From a virus (Duplodnaviria; Heunggongvirae; Uroviricota; Caudoviricetes): a DNA stretch of 64,000 nt. The stretch lies in IMG/VR virus record IMGVR_UViG_3300014208_000038, one strand, 5' to 3'. Position numbers and translations under genes: made by a program. Below the pieces are notes generated by a model. It made no database searches. It was not told the origin of the DNA and saw only the letters and a list, made by a program, of their open reading frames with translations. Below, one piece after another: positions 18,266 to 28,083 of this stretch (positions within the stretch are counted from its first letter, which is position 1; every line of letters starts with the position of its first letter).

Positions 18266-18760
18266 ATGTTTTATTGGGATATTGATGGAGTTTTAAGAGA
18301 ATTAGATCAATTAACTTTAGGCAAGACGTTACCTTATTGGGATTATAAACAAAATGGTAAAAGTTTTGTTCAATTAGTGGATGAAAATATAGAAATTTGT
18401 GAATTAGCTTCTCCTTATCAAGATTATTTAGATATTTTAAATAGTTGCTTTACAAAAGTTAATATTTTAACTCATCAACCCAATAATTGGAAACCTTATA
18501 CAGAAAAATGGTTAAATCATTATATTAAAATTCCATATAATTTATATTATGTAAATAATATAAAAGAGAAAGAAAAATTTTTAAGGTGGCCAAATGATTA
18601 TTTAATAGATGATTATCCTTTGTTTTCTAATTATGAAAATATTCTATTAATTAATAGAGAATGGAATAAAAATGTGGAAGCTCCTATGAGAATTCATAAT
18701 GGAGAGATGTTGAAGGACAATATTGATTATTTGAAAAAAATATATAAAATGGAGGTCTAA
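18266..18760 (+). CDS. HAD-superfamily 5'(3')-deoxyribonucleotidase-like protein
   Basis: N-terminal HAD motif I WDIDGVL. Confidence 0.5.
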   Translation: MFYWDIDGVLRELDQLTLGKTLPYWDYKQNGKSFVQLVDENIEICELASPYQDYLDILNSCFTKVNILTHQPNNWKPYTEKWLNHYIKIPYNLYYVNNIKEKEKFLRWPNDYLIDDYPLFSNYENILLINREWNKNVEAPMRIHNGEMLKDNIDYLKKIYKMEV

Positions 18761-18764
18761 ATTT

Positions 18765-19214
18765 ATGGAAGAACAACAAATGGTTATGGTGTGCTCTGAT
18801 TGTGGATCACGCAAAAGAATAATTTTTGAACAGGTTATTTTACCCATAAGTTTTAATAAGGTTTGTATGACGGTGGATTCAGAATGTGAAGACTGTGGTT
18901 CTATCGGAAGAACAGGAAGTTTTTTTGTTAATCTTCAATTTAAACAAAATTTTGTAAATAAAGTACAGGGTTTTTGTTGTAATCATTGTGGAAATTATGG
19001 TTTTATTGATATAAAAAACATACAAGACCATCCTACAACAGATATTAATAGTCAGTATTTTTATGCCACATGTTCAAAATGTAATCAAAAAATTCTATTA
19101 ATAAATTATTCCAGCAAGGATGTTTCAAAATTGAATCAGATAATGAATGATAAGGAAGAACAACAAAAAATAAAAAGTATTTTAAACAATTTTGAGGACC
19201 AAGAGTATGAGTGA
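18765..19214 (+). CDS. multi zinc-ribbon protein
   Basis: four CxxC pairs (CSDCG, CEDCG, CNHCG, CSKCN). Confidence 0.45.
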   Translation: MEEQQMVMVCSDCGSRKRIIFEQVILPISFNKVCMTVDSECEDCGSIGRTGSFFVNLQFKQNFVNKVQGFCCNHCGNYGFIDIKNIQDHPTTDINSQYFYATCSKCNQKILLINYSSKDVSKLNQIMNDKEEQQKIKSILNNFEDQEYE

Positions 19215-19246
19215 ACAATTAGCTTATAAAATTAGACGCAAAACCG

Positions 19247-19582
19247 ATGGACTATATTCTAGTGGGGGTCAACATCCTATTTTTACTACAAAAGGAAAAA
19301 TTTGGAGTGATTTTTATGGATGAAAATAAAATTATAGTTTATAAAATTCGTAGAAAATCTGATGGTTTATATTCTAATGGTGGCAATGAACCAGTTTTTA
19401 TGAAGAGGGGAAAAATTTGGACCAATGTAGGTCATATTAAAAATCATTTTAATTTAATTAGAGAATATCATACAAGTACAAAATATTTAGAAAATTTATA
19501 TAAAAATTGTGAGATAGTAACTTTTGAACTTAGTCCTACTGAAACAGTTAATATTGAAGAGTTTTTATCCCGAAAGATTTAA
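19247..19582 (+). CDS. hypothetical protein
   Basis: 111 aa; a degenerate duplicate of its N-terminus lies at 19216..19320 in another frame. Confidence 0.4.
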   Translation: MDYILVGVNILFLLQKEKFGVIFMDENKIIVYKIRRKSDGLYSNGGNEPVFMKRGKIWTNVGHIKNHFNLIREYHTSTKYLENLYKNCEIVTFELSPTETVNIEEFLSRKI

Positions 19583-19627
19583 ATACTTTAACTAGAAACT
19601 AGTGTAATAGTGGAGATGTGATAAAAC

Positions 19628-19885
19628 ATGGATACAGGAAATCTAATTAATGAAGCAACTGCAAAAGCTATGACATATGCGCTTAAACAAGCTAGAACTG
19701 TTGATCCAGAGAAGATGGACAGATTTATGGGTGCCATAGATCTAGTAGATGAGATTGCTGACGCAATTGCTGACGAGGAAGTTACAGCAGAAGAGGCACA
19801 ACAGATTATTGCCCTAATGAGAAAGGGCGGGTCTATTGAGACTTTTATGAAGATGCTGCTGGCCGAGGTAGGCATCAAAATTTAA
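19628..19885 (+). CDS. hypothetical acidic protein
   Basis: ATG 46 nt after a TTAAATACT box. Confidence 0.4.
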   Translation: MDTGNLINEATAKAMTYALKQARTVDPEKMDRFMGAIDLVDEIADAIADEEVTAEEAQQIIALMRKGGSIETFMKMLLAEVGIKI

Positions 19886-19943
19886 ACCTTTTTTAAATAT
19901 TTTTAAAAAATATGGTTTATATCAAAATTGGAGGATTATAATT

Positions 19944-20273
19944 ATGGTTAAGAAAAATGGAAAGAAGAGTTTTTTGCTTCTAGGTGAGGCAGATGCTATT
20001 GTAGCAAAGTTTGAGAATAAGTATCCACGAGGAGCAGCTCTTAAAGCCGCTAACAAGGGTTTTACAACTATTAGGCTCCTTGAGAGAGGGTCTAAAAATA
20101 AAGATAAGGGCGGTTGGAAATTGCATATCTTTACTGGTGAGAGAACCAAAGTTCCAAAGCCAGTAGGTGCTCCTGAGTGGATGGCTGCCGAGGTTTATAA
20201 GCCCACTGTAATTAAGGTAGGCATTGAAAGGAAGGTAGTTAATCTATCTTCCGAAGGTGACGATACAGAATAG
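19944..20273 (+). CDS. MC1-family archaeal chromatin (nucleoid) protein
   Basis: PRGAALKAANKG...IRLLERGSK...KLHIFTG...VPKPVGAPEWM...KP.VIKVGIERK parallels Methanosarcina MC1 (PRQAALKAANRG...IRLRERGTKKVHVF...); SD ttggaggattataattATG. Confidence 0.75.
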   Translation: MVKKNGKKSFLLLGEADAIVAKFENKYPRGAALKAANKGFTTIRLLERGSKNKDKGGWKLHIFTGERTKVPKPVGAPEWMAAEVYKPTVIKVGIERKVVNLSSEGDDTE

Positions 20274-20408
20274 ATATTTTTAACTTGTAGGATTGCGAAG
20301 GACGGAGCGGGAAGCCCCCATCGTTCACGGTGGGGATGAAAGCGGAGTCCTTTGCTCCTGTTTCGGGCTACCAATAACTATTTAACGTAATAATGCGATG
20401 CACATTTT

Positions 20409-20831
20409 TTGGTAAATCCAATGAAATACAAGCTCGATAGGTCTGCACATTCAGTGTACTCACTTCACTATCACTTGGTGGTAGTCATCAAGTACCGTAG
20501 GAAAGCACTCTATGATGAAGCGATTCGCGAGAGGCTAAAGCAGATCATTTGGAGTTTGATGGATGAACTTGGAATAGAAATACTAGCACAGGAACCCGCC
20601 GAAGATCATCTCCATATACTGTTCACAGCGACACCTACAACCAACTTATCCAACGTCGTGAATGTAATCAAGGGCGTCACTGCCAGAAGACTCCGACAAG
20701 AGTTTCCGCAAACCAAGGAGTTCCTTTGGGGGGACTCATTTTGGTCAAATTCCTACTTCATTTCCAGTACAGGGCAGGTATCTCTCGATGTTCTGATGCA
20801 GTATGTAGAGTCTCAGATGGAGAAAGTATGA
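20409..20831 (+). CDS. tnpA: IS200-type Y1 (HuH) transposase TnpA
   Basis: HuH motif HYHLVVV and downstream catalytic Tyr region; about 140 aa. Confidence 0.9.
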   Translation: MVNPMKYKLDRSAHSVYSLHYHLVVVIKYRRKALYDEAIRERLKQIIWSLMDELGIEILAQEPAEDHLHILFTATPTTNLSNVVNVIKGVTARRLRQEFPQTKEFLWGDSFWSNSYFISSTGQVSLDVLMQYVESQMEKV

Positions 20832-22015
20832 TTATAAGCTACAAGTATCCTATCTTCCCGAATAAGATCGCCCAATGGAAGTTAGCGGAGAATTTGGATG
20901 CTTGTAGATGGCTCTATAATCGGCTTCTCCAAGACCTGAATGAAGCAAAAGAAAAAGGTATCAAGCTCAAGACCTATGATTCTCAGAACATGATTCCTTC
21001 TCTGAAGCTCGTAAATCCAAAGCTGGATCTTGTCTACTCTAAAGTTCTTCAGATGGTGAATTACACTCTTTGGTCTAACATCAAAGGACTCTCGGCATCA
21101 AAGAAGAACGGTCGGAAGATCGGTCATATCCGCTTCAAAGGGTATGGTTGGTATAATACCCTGAATTACAACCAATCCGGGTTCAAGATCGATCGAGATC
21201 ATGGCCTATTGCATCTCTCCAAGATCGGAGAAATGCGGATCAAGATCTATCGAAAGATCGAAGGTTGCATCAAAGCCGTCATAATCAAGAGAGAAGGCGA
21301 GAGATGGTTCGCCATAGTCCAGGCCAATCAGGAACCACAGCCGTTACCAAGAACCGAGGAAGCGGTAGGTCTGGATGTCGGTTTGACTTCCTTCGTGGTT
21401 GACTCCGAAGGCAATAATATAGAAAATCCAAGATGTGCCGAGCAATCTGCTGATAAACTGGCAAAGCTACAAAGAAAGCTAGCCAGAGCCAAGATGGGAT
21501 CAAATAATCGCAAAGCAATCAAGGATAAGATCGCCAAGCTGCATAAAAGAATCAATTGCCAACGAGATGATTTCCTGCATAAGTTATCTCGGACCTATAT
21601 TAATAACTTTGATATCATTTGTGTTGAAGATCTTGATGTCAAAGGCCTGAAAGAGAAAGGCCATAACACTGGCATGCATCGCAGCATTCATGATGCATCC
21701 TGGTCTAAGTTCATATTCATGCTTTCGTACAAGGCTCAAAGTGCTGGTCGAAAGTTGATAAAAGTAGATCCCAGGAACACCACTCAAAGGTGTTCTGCTT
21801 GTGGAAGCATCGTAAAGAAAGATCTGTCGGTACGAGTACATGAGTGCCCTTATTGCGGATTCTCGTGTGATCGAGACTATAATGCTTCCAGGAATATACT
21901 CATCACAGGGATGGAACAGCCCGTAGCGCCCAAAGAACCAAAACCACTACATCACATATCAGTGATGCAAGTTTTGGCAATGACGTGGGAAGCCGTGCCC
22001 TTCAGGACGCGGTAG
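20828..22015 (+). CDS. tnpB: TnpB (OrfB) RNA-guided-nuclease-family protein
   Basis: RuvC-like motifs (GLDVGL, ICVEDLDVKGL), C-terminal zinc finger CSACG...CPYCG...RDYNAS.NI; ATG 20828 overlaps tnpA stop; the track start 20726 is an over-extension. Confidence 0.9.
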   Translation: MIISYKYPIFPNKIAQWKLAENLDACRWLYNRLLQDLNEAKEKGIKLKTYDSQNMIPSLKLVNPKLDLVYSKVLQMVNYTLWSNIKGLSASKKNGRKIGHIRFKGYGWYNTLNYNQSGFKIDRDHGLLHLSKIGEMRIKIYRKIEGCIKAVIIKREGERWFAIVQANQEPQPLPRTEEAVGLDVGLTSFVVDSEGNNIENPRCAEQSADKLAKLQRKLARAKMGSNNRKAIKDKIAKLHKRINCQRDDFLHKLSRTYINNFDIICVEDLDVKGLKEKGHNTGMHRSIHDASWSKFIFMLSYKAQSAGRKLIKVDPRNTTQRCSACGSIVKKDLSVRVHECPYCGFSCDRDYNASRNILITGMEQPVAPKEPKPLHHISVMQVLAMTWEAVPFRTR

Positions 22016-22045
22016 TTCACTTAAAGCATATAAGGATTAAAAAAA

Positions 22046-22395
22046 TGCCAAGAGGAAGGAAGAGAAAACCTATTAAAAAACAAGAAGAACAGAATGAAGA
22101 ATTTAAAGAATTTCAGAAAATAGAACAGGGGGAAAAACAGCAAAGTTTGAAAAAATCAAAAGAAGTATTTAAATCGTTAAGAGAAGAGATTCTTAGAAGA
22201 GCTTCTTGGAAAAATGGAGTTACTGTAACCGGATTAACAATGTTTCTTTTTGAGCATCCAGAAAGAAATAATTTAACAAAGGTTATATATGAATTAAAAA
22301 GTGAAAATAAAATTACTATTACTCCAATTCAGATAAAAAAAGAAGCTGCTCTTTTCGGGGCTAGTTATCAAACATTAATAAAAACAGTGGAATAA
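22046..22395 (+). CDS. Lys/Arg-rich hypothetical protein
   Basis: ATG at 22046 just outside the IS right end; the track start 21985 lies inside the IS. Confidence 0.4.
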
Positions 22396-22403
22396 GAGGA
22401 TTT

Positions 22404-22772
22404 ATGCCAACTAAAAAAATTAGTTATATAAATATTCCATTTGACAAAGATGGTAATTTACTTCATTATTTTGGAGGGGATACCGATAACGAATTGGGCA
22501 AAAATAAAGCTCGTAGATTAGGAATTAGTTTATTGCCCAACTATATCTTTGGAGCAACTCTAAAATTTTTAGGATTTCAAAGAGGGCGTTCCGCTGCATA
22601 TGCCTTATTTGAAAATTGTACTAATTTTAAAAAATATGGTATGTTTTTAATAGATTTAGAATATATTTTTCATTATTGTTATTTCGATGAAGGGTTCGTA
22701 TGGGGATTTTGGACCTTTCAAAAAAGAGGATCAAATTTTGGGGTAAGATTATTAAAACCGGATGAATTTTAA
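22404..22772 (+). CDS. hypothetical protein
   Basis: 122-aa ORF. Confidence 0.4.
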   Translation: MPTKKISYINIPFDKDGNLLHYFGGDTDNELGKNKARRLGISLLPNYIFGATLKFLGFQRGRSAAYALFENCTNFKKYGMFLIDLEYIFHYCYFDEGFVWGFWTFQKRGSNFGVRLLKPDEF

Positions 22773-22822
22773 AATTATTTTTAATAATGATTTGTAAAGA
22801 GTTAACATAGGAGGGAAATAAA

Positions 22823-23293
22823 ATGAAAAAGTTTCTTATTAAAGATTCAAAACTTTTGTCTCAAATTAAAAATATTATTAATATAAAATGGAAAGCAAAT
22901 AAGAAATATGTTCTTGCGGATTTAGTAATCTCTGCTCCAAATATTTATACTCCAGATTTAAGAACAGAATATGCATTTACGCCAGATGGAGATTTAATTG
23001 GAGATCCTAAAGCAGCTCAAATCTTGATTACTCAAAAAGGAATTAAACCTGAATTAAGAAGGCCCATAGATCAGATTTGTAGTATTGGATGGAGTTCTAA
23101 GACTCAAATGTACTATGGTTGGACATCTGGTAAAATAAGAGGTTTTAAAGTCAATGGAAAACCATTGGAATCTGGAGACATATTAACTGATATTTTAGAG
23201 GCAGGTTACGTCCCTCAATCAAAAGAAGATTGCAAACAGATGGCTATTTTGTTTGTGGAATTAGCTTCAAAAGAAGGTAAAATGCATGGTTAA
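22823..23293 (+). CDS. hypothetical protein
   Basis: SD aggagggaaataaaATG. Confidence 0.4.
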   Translation: MKKFLIKDSKLLSQIKNIINIKWKANKKYVLADLVISAPNIYTPDLRTEYAFTPDGDLIGDPKAAQILITQKGIKPELRRPIDQICSIGWSSKTQMYYGWTSGKIRGFKVNGKPLESGDILTDILEAGYVPQSKEDCKQMAILFVELASKEGKMHG

Positions 23294-23410
23294 ACATTGG
23301 CAAACTATAGAGGTTAAAGGTTTTTGTCCTGTTTGTGAAGCTCCTATTTATCTTCAAAAAAATGTAGACTTTCCAAATGTAACTGTAAACAAATGGTCCT
23401 GTGAACATCA

Positions 23411-24139
23411 ATGGGCTACCCGAATAGAAGAAACAAAGGAGGGATAGAATTTAATTATCTCACTCCTACTGAATATAGATTTTTACAAGATGGTTTAGCT
23501 TCAATTTACCGTTTTCCTGGTCATATAGAGCCTATGTTTGGACAAATATTTGAAGATTTATTTGCAGAAATGAAACAAGGAGAAGTTATAAAAACAGGAA
23601 GCCGAAGTTCTGTAGATGTTGTAGGAAATACAGGAATAAAATTTTCATTAAAAACAAAGATGTTGAGGACAAATTTACCTGTAGAAAATTATTTTTGTAA
23701 AAAGATAGATATTCAATTTTCTAAAATATCTCGTGAAAAATTATTTATAAAAAATAATTATGATTTAAATATTTTTCAGGAGAATATAAATAATATATAT
23801 AATAAATTTCAAGAACAGATAGATAGGCAAGTTTTTTTAATTAGGGTTTTAGATTCTAAAATGGGTTCGAGGGGTATATTTTTATATTGGGAACAACCTT
23901 TTGAAGTTATAGATTTCAAAGGATATAAGATATTTGAAAACCAAGGAGGGAAAGGGGTAGATAAAAATAGATTTGAATCTCAAATTAGATTAAAAAGTTC
24001 TCCTACAAAATTTTTTTGGACATCGGCTTCTCAAAGTCTTGTAGTATATTATAAGATACCAGAAGATGCCGACATCATTATTATCAATAAAGATAGTCCA
24101 AAAATGAGTTGGCCTGAATTTATTGAAAAAGTTAAATGA
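23411..24139 (+). CDS. hypothetical protein
   Basis: 242-aa ORF. Confidence 0.4.
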   Translation: MGYPNRRNKGGIEFNYLTPTEYRFLQDGLASIYRFPGHIEPMFGQIFEDLFAEMKQGEVIKTGSRSSVDVVGNTGIKFSLKTKMLRTNLPVENYFCKKIDIQFSKISREKLFIKNNYDLNIFQENINNIYNKFQEQIDRQVFLIRVLDSKMGSRGIFLYWEQPFEVIDFKGYKIFENQGGKGVDKNRFESQIRLKSSPTKFFWTSASQSLVVYYKIPEDADIIIINKDSPKMSWPEFIEKVK

Positions 24140-24175
24140 GGAAAAAGTATAAATAGAATAATTACCTAATAAATT

Positions 24176-24481
24176 ATGAGGAGTTTAAAAATGTTTTATA
24201 TAACCCAAATATATGGTGTTGTTTTACAGCAAGCTATTCCAGTTACGATTCATATCCAATCAGATGCTGGAGGAAAAATAACTTATGTAGCTGATTTGGG
24301 AGTATCTAGAGGTTTTGTTATAACCGCTAGTAAATTTGATCTATTAGTTAAAAATATATTAAATAAAGTTCATATGTGGAGAAATACAATATTTGATGAT
24401 AATTCACCAATAACAAATCTGGATGATATTGCAGTAATTAAAGAGAAGATAAAAAATTGGTATGGTATTTCTTATGACTAG
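24176..24481 (+). CDS. hypothetical protein
   Basis: SD tgaggagtttaaaaATG. Confidence 0.4.
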   Translation: MRSLKMFYITQIYGVVLQQAIPVTIHIQSDAGGKITYVADLGVSRGFVITASKFDLLVKNILNKVHMWRNTIFDDNSPITNLDDIAVIKEKIKNWYGISYD

Positions 24482-24803
24482 AACTAGACGTATTTATAAT
24501 AAATATCAAATTAGAAGAGGAAAATGGGGAGAGCTTACTTTTCATCCTTATAAACAGCTTACAATGAAGTGCCATTGCAGAAATTGTATAAGTTGGAGAA
24601 AACATTTAAATACAAAAAAGATAAGATGTGCCAATAAAATAGATCTTAGACAAAATATAAAATTTGGTTCAAACATAGGGGGGCGAGATAGATTATATGA
24701 TGAAGATGTTTATCTTCATTCTGAAGATCCTCTTGCTGAGTTGGTTCCACTATACGATAATTATTTAGATTTTTTGAATCCTCATCGTGAGTGGGATGAT
24801 TAA
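24462..24803 (+). CDS. hypothetical protein
   Basis: 113-aa ORF overlapping neighbours by a few codons. Confidence 0.35.
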   Translation: MVFLMTRTRRIYNKYQIRRGKWGELTFHPYKQLTMKCHCRNCISWRKHLNTKKIRCANKIDLRQNIKFGSNIGGRDRLYDEDVYLHSEDPLAELVPLYDNYLDFLNPHREWDD

Positions 24804-25649
24804 ATGAAGATTTTACATATAGGAGATATATGTGGAGTACCACAATTAATTTCTGAAGAACAAAGACGAAGGGGATTAGACTCTCAATCTATTTCCTATC
24901 CTCCAGATTATAGTTTAGTAGGGAGACTAAAAAAATTTAATGATTTATTTAAAATTATAAAGAATTTTAATATAATTCATTTTCATTATTCTACAGGGCT
25001 TCCATATGGGTTAGATTTGCCTATTTGGAAATTATTAAATAAAAAAATTATAATGCATTATCATGGCAGGATAAGAAGGTTAGGACTTCCTATACTGCAT
25101 AGATTTTTTGTAGATAAATTTTATGTATCCACTCCTGACCTTTTAAAATATGCACCAAAGGATGCGATTTATATCCCAAATCCTATAAAATTAGAAAAAG
25201 TTCATAAAAAATCAAGAAGCAATCCATTAAAATTTATTCATTTACCCACTAATAGAAAAGTAAAGGGTACAAAATATATAATAAAAGCTTTTGAAGAATT
25301 AAAAATGATGGGATATGAATTTGAATTTAAAATTATTGAAGGAAAAAGTCATTCGGAAGCTATTTCTGCTATAAAAGAGGCAGATGTTGTTATTGATCAA
25401 TTACATTGTGGATGGTATGGACTCGTTTCAATAGAAGCCTGGATGCTCAATAAGCCTGTGATTTGTTATATTAGACCAGATCTTTATTTTAAATATGATG
25501 TTCCAGTTAATCCGGCTGGTACAACTACAATTAAGGATGCTATAAAAGAATTTATTACTTGGCCAGAGATATGCGAATTATGGGGAAACAGGGGAAGGAA
25601 ATATGTAGAACGAAATCATGACATAGAAAAAATGCAGTTAGAGGACTAA
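24804..25649 (+). CDS. GT-B-fold glycosyltransferase (group 1/GT4-like)
   Basis: C-terminal ...EAISAIKEADVVIDQ...GLVSIEAWMLNKPVI resembles the GT4 E-x7-E region. Confidence 0.5.
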   Translation: MKILHIGDICGVPQLISEEQRRRGLDSQSISYPPDYSLVGRLKKFNDLFKIIKNFNIIHFHYSTGLPYGLDLPIWKLLNKKIIMHYHGRIRRLGLPILHRFFVDKFYVSTPDLLKYAPKDAIYIPNPIKLEKVHKKSRSNPLKFIHLPTNRKVKGTKYIIKAFEELKMMGYEFEFKIIEGKSHSEAISAIKEADVVIDQLHCGWYGLVSIEAWMLNKPVICYIRPDLYFKYDVPVNPAGTTTIKDAIKEFITWPEICELWGNRGRKYVERNHDIEKMQLED

Positions 25650-26858
25650 ATGAGATCAATTTTAATGAAAACTGGAATGACTTTTAAAAATAAAGATTTT
25701 CTTTCTATTTTGAATAAAATTAACAATGATTATGATAATAAAAATGAAATGTATCAAGAAAATAAATTAAGAAATATATTAAATTTTTGTTATAAGTATA
25801 TTCCTTATTACAAGAAAATAGAAAATTATCATGGTTTTAATCTAAAAAATTTTCCAATTCTTACAAAGGATATGATTAAAAAAGATTATAACAATTTTTT
25901 ACCCAATATTAAAGTTCCCCATGTTGTAGGTCGTACAGGCGGTTCTACCGGAGAACCTTTCCAATATAGGATGTCTAGAGAAGATGAAATTACAAGTTTA
26001 GCATTAATGTATCATGGTTGGGGCTATGCTGGATATAATTTAGGGGATAGTATGTTTTTGATTGGGGGCCGTTCTATTGTTTCTCCACAAAAAACAATGA
26101 TGGGAAATATTAAATCTTATATTTTAAATGAGAAAAGATATTCCTCTTTTGAATTATCAGATATTCAAATTAATAAAATTATTGATGATATTAACAAATA
26201 TAAACCAAAATTTATAAAAGGATACGCAGCCTCTCTTGATTTAATTGCAAGATATATTTTACAATATAATAAAAAAATAGATTACATTCCCAATGGTATA
26301 TTTTCAACAGCAGAAATGTTATATCCTCAAGCTAGAAAAAATATTGAAGAAGCTTTTAATGGATCTAAAGTGTTTAATCAATATGGGATAAATGATGGAG
26401 GAGTTTCTGCTTTTGAATGTATGGAAGGGAAGATGCATATTGATACTTTTCGGTCTATTTTAGAAGTAAAAAATAATAAAATTTTGGCTACAAACCTTAT
26501 AAATAAAGCGTTCCCTTTTATTAGATATGATACTGGGGATCTTGGGGAATTACAAGAAGATTATTCATGTAAATGTGGAAGGACTTCATCAATTTTAACT
26601 AATATAATAGGAAGGCAGGGAGATTTTATAACATTACCTGATGGTTCAAAAGTTCATCCAGTTTTTTTTGATAATTTATTTTGGAATATAAAGTGTCGTA
26701 AATTTCAGGTAATAAAAGAAAGAAATGATATTACAATTTTGATAATTCCTTGGGAAGAAAAAACAATAGATATTAATTTTATTAAAAATATTGTAGAAGA
26801 AAAATGGGATGAAATAAAATCTGATAATAAATATAGGTCTGTGATAGTAAATGATTGA
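25650..26858 (+). CDS. CapK/PaaK-like adenylate-forming enzyme (coenzyme F390 synthetase family)
   Basis: AMP-binding P-loop-like GRTGGSTGEPF; overall CapK-like length and layout. Confidence 0.6.
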   Translation: MRSILMKTGMTFKNKDFLSILNKINNDYDNKNEMYQENKLRNILNFCYKYIPYYKKIENYHGFNLKNFPILTKDMIKKDYNNFLPNIKVPHVVGRTGGSTGEPFQYRMSREDEITSLALMYHGWGYAGYNLGDSMFLIGGRSIVSPQKTMMGNIKSYILNEKRYSSFELSDIQINKIIDDINKYKPKFIKGYAASLDLIARYILQYNKKIDYIPNGIFSTAEMLYPQARKNIEEAFNGSKVFNQYGINDGGVSAFECMEGKMHIDTFRSILEVKNNKILATNLINKAFPFIRYDTGDLGELQEDYSCKCGRTSSILTNIIGRQGDFITLPDGSKVHPVFFDNLFWNIKCRKFQVIKERNDITILIIPWEEKTIDINFIKNIVEEKWDEIKSDNKYRSVIVND

Positions 26859-26923
26859 AGAAATCGGGATTTTAGTTTTTTGTATTTTTCTAGTATTAGT
26901 ATTAGGACTATCTTTTTGTTACT

Positions 26924-27256
26924 GTGATTATAAATATTTTTGGAGATAAAATGGAGAAGATAGATATAATTACAAAATTATTAGTTTTAAAGGACTGTAC
27001 CGTGGAATGGGCAGGAATTCCTTCTTTTTTTATGATGTATTATTTATTTTCTACAAAAATGTTAGAAACAGGCGCTTTGGCAATAATAAGTGTTTATATA
27101 AATTTACCAATTTGGTTTTATATTATTAGTCCATTTTTATTTTTAATTATACTGGGATTAATTAATATGTTTTATTTAATGCCTCATAAACAAGCTTATT
27201 ATATGAGTCATAATAATGAATGGAAAAAATTTAAAAAAGGATTAAACAAGGAATAA
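26924..27256 (+). CDS. polytopic small membrane protein
   Basis: three hydrophobic helices. Confidence 0.4.
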   Translation: MIINIFGDKMEKIDIITKLLVLKDCTVEWAGIPSFFMMYYLFSTKMLETGALAIISVYINLPIWFYIISPFLFLIILGLINMFYLMPHKQAYYMSHNNEWKKFKKGLNKE

Positions 27257-27264
27257 AAAGGGAG

Positions 27265-27468
27265 TTGAAAATATTGGGAATAGCCTGTCAGGAATCAATA
27301 GAAAAACATATTTGTGTTACCTGTGGAAAACAGTGTAAAGAAAAAGAAGGTTTTGTTCATTCTAGTTATGGCTGGTGTTGTGGAATAGAATGTTATAAGA
27401 TACAATTAGCAGAGAGAACTGAATTAATTAGACAGTCAATATGGGGTCCAAAAGATTTAAATACGTAA
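27265..27468 (+). CDS. zinc-ribbon protein
   Basis: CVTCG...CC..EC. Confidence 0.35.
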   Translation: MKILGIACQESIEKHICVTCGKQCKEKEGFVHSSYGWCCGIECYKIQLAERTELIRQSIWGPKDLNT

Positions 27469-27495
27469 AAGAGAATTGAGATAGAGGAGAAAAAT

Positions 27496-28044
27496 ATGAG
27501 AATTATTACTATTCTATTAATATTAGGATTTATTCTAAGTCCGGTGATGGCTGTTGATCTTTCTAGTTCATTTAGAGGAACAGGGGATTGGAGTAGTTCG
27601 ATTACAGCAGGAACTACAAAATCTGAGATGAGCGGCCAGGATGGGCAAATAAGTATTGCTACCCAGGGATCTTTTACAAGTAATGGAGACATTTTTAAGC
27701 AGGGTATAGAATTTAATGGCACTCAAGGTAGAATGAAAATTCAAAATATTTTGAGCGATGTAGTCCAAAATTTACAGGTTAAAAATGCTAATAGTATTTC
27801 TATGAGGTTGGTTTTGGATACCAGGTCGAAGGAAGAAACCCAAGACTCTTCCATAGGACAATTAAATCTCTATAATACAGATCTGAATGTCTTTGTAAAT
27901 GGTTCTGTGGCCGAAGTAATTAATAGAGGATCTATAATGGGTCGTCCGATTGAGCTTAGTACTCAAAAAGGAACTAATGGAATTTGGGAAATTAATTCCA
28001 GTATAAAATTGAATGAATATGATAATGGATGGAATAACCAGTAA
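27496..28044 (+). CDS. secreted hypothetical protein
   Basis: cleavable signal-peptide-like N-terminus (LILGFILSPVMA); SD agaggagaaaaatATG. Confidence 0.45.
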   Translation: MRIITILLILGFILSPVMAVDLSSSFRGTGDWSSSITAGTTKSEMSGQDGQISIATQGSFTSNGDIFKQGIEFNGTQGRMKIQNILSDVVQNLQVKNANSISMRLVLDTRSKEETQDSSIGQLNLYNTDLNVFVNGSVAEVINRGSIMGRPIELSTQKGTNGIWEINSSIKLNEYDNGWNNQ

Positions 28045-28083
28045 AATTTACTGGTTTAAATTTTTAGGATGATGTGATACAAA

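Larger units (their letters stand above)
20284..22020 (+). mobile_element. IS200/IS605-family insertion sequence (tnpA + tnpB), GC-rich relative to flanks
   Basis: Y1 HuH transposase + TnpB/OrfB with overlapping ATGA junction; GC-rich hairpin-forming left end about 20284-20400; right end ...CCCTTCAGGACGCGGTAGTTCAC ends at 22020; left boundary approximate. Confidence 0.8.

Noticed and set aside
20726-20827. N-terminal extension of TnpB from the track start (MGGLILVKF...)
   Set aside because: This segment is the 3' end of tnpA read in another frame; canonical IS605 organisation places the tnpB ATG at 20828 overlapping the tnpA stop.
21285-21841. Minus-strand ORFs inside tnpB (21285..21518, 21328..21555, 21584..21841)
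   Set aside because: Antisense to a gene with clear TnpB motifs; they arise from the GC-rich composition of the IS.
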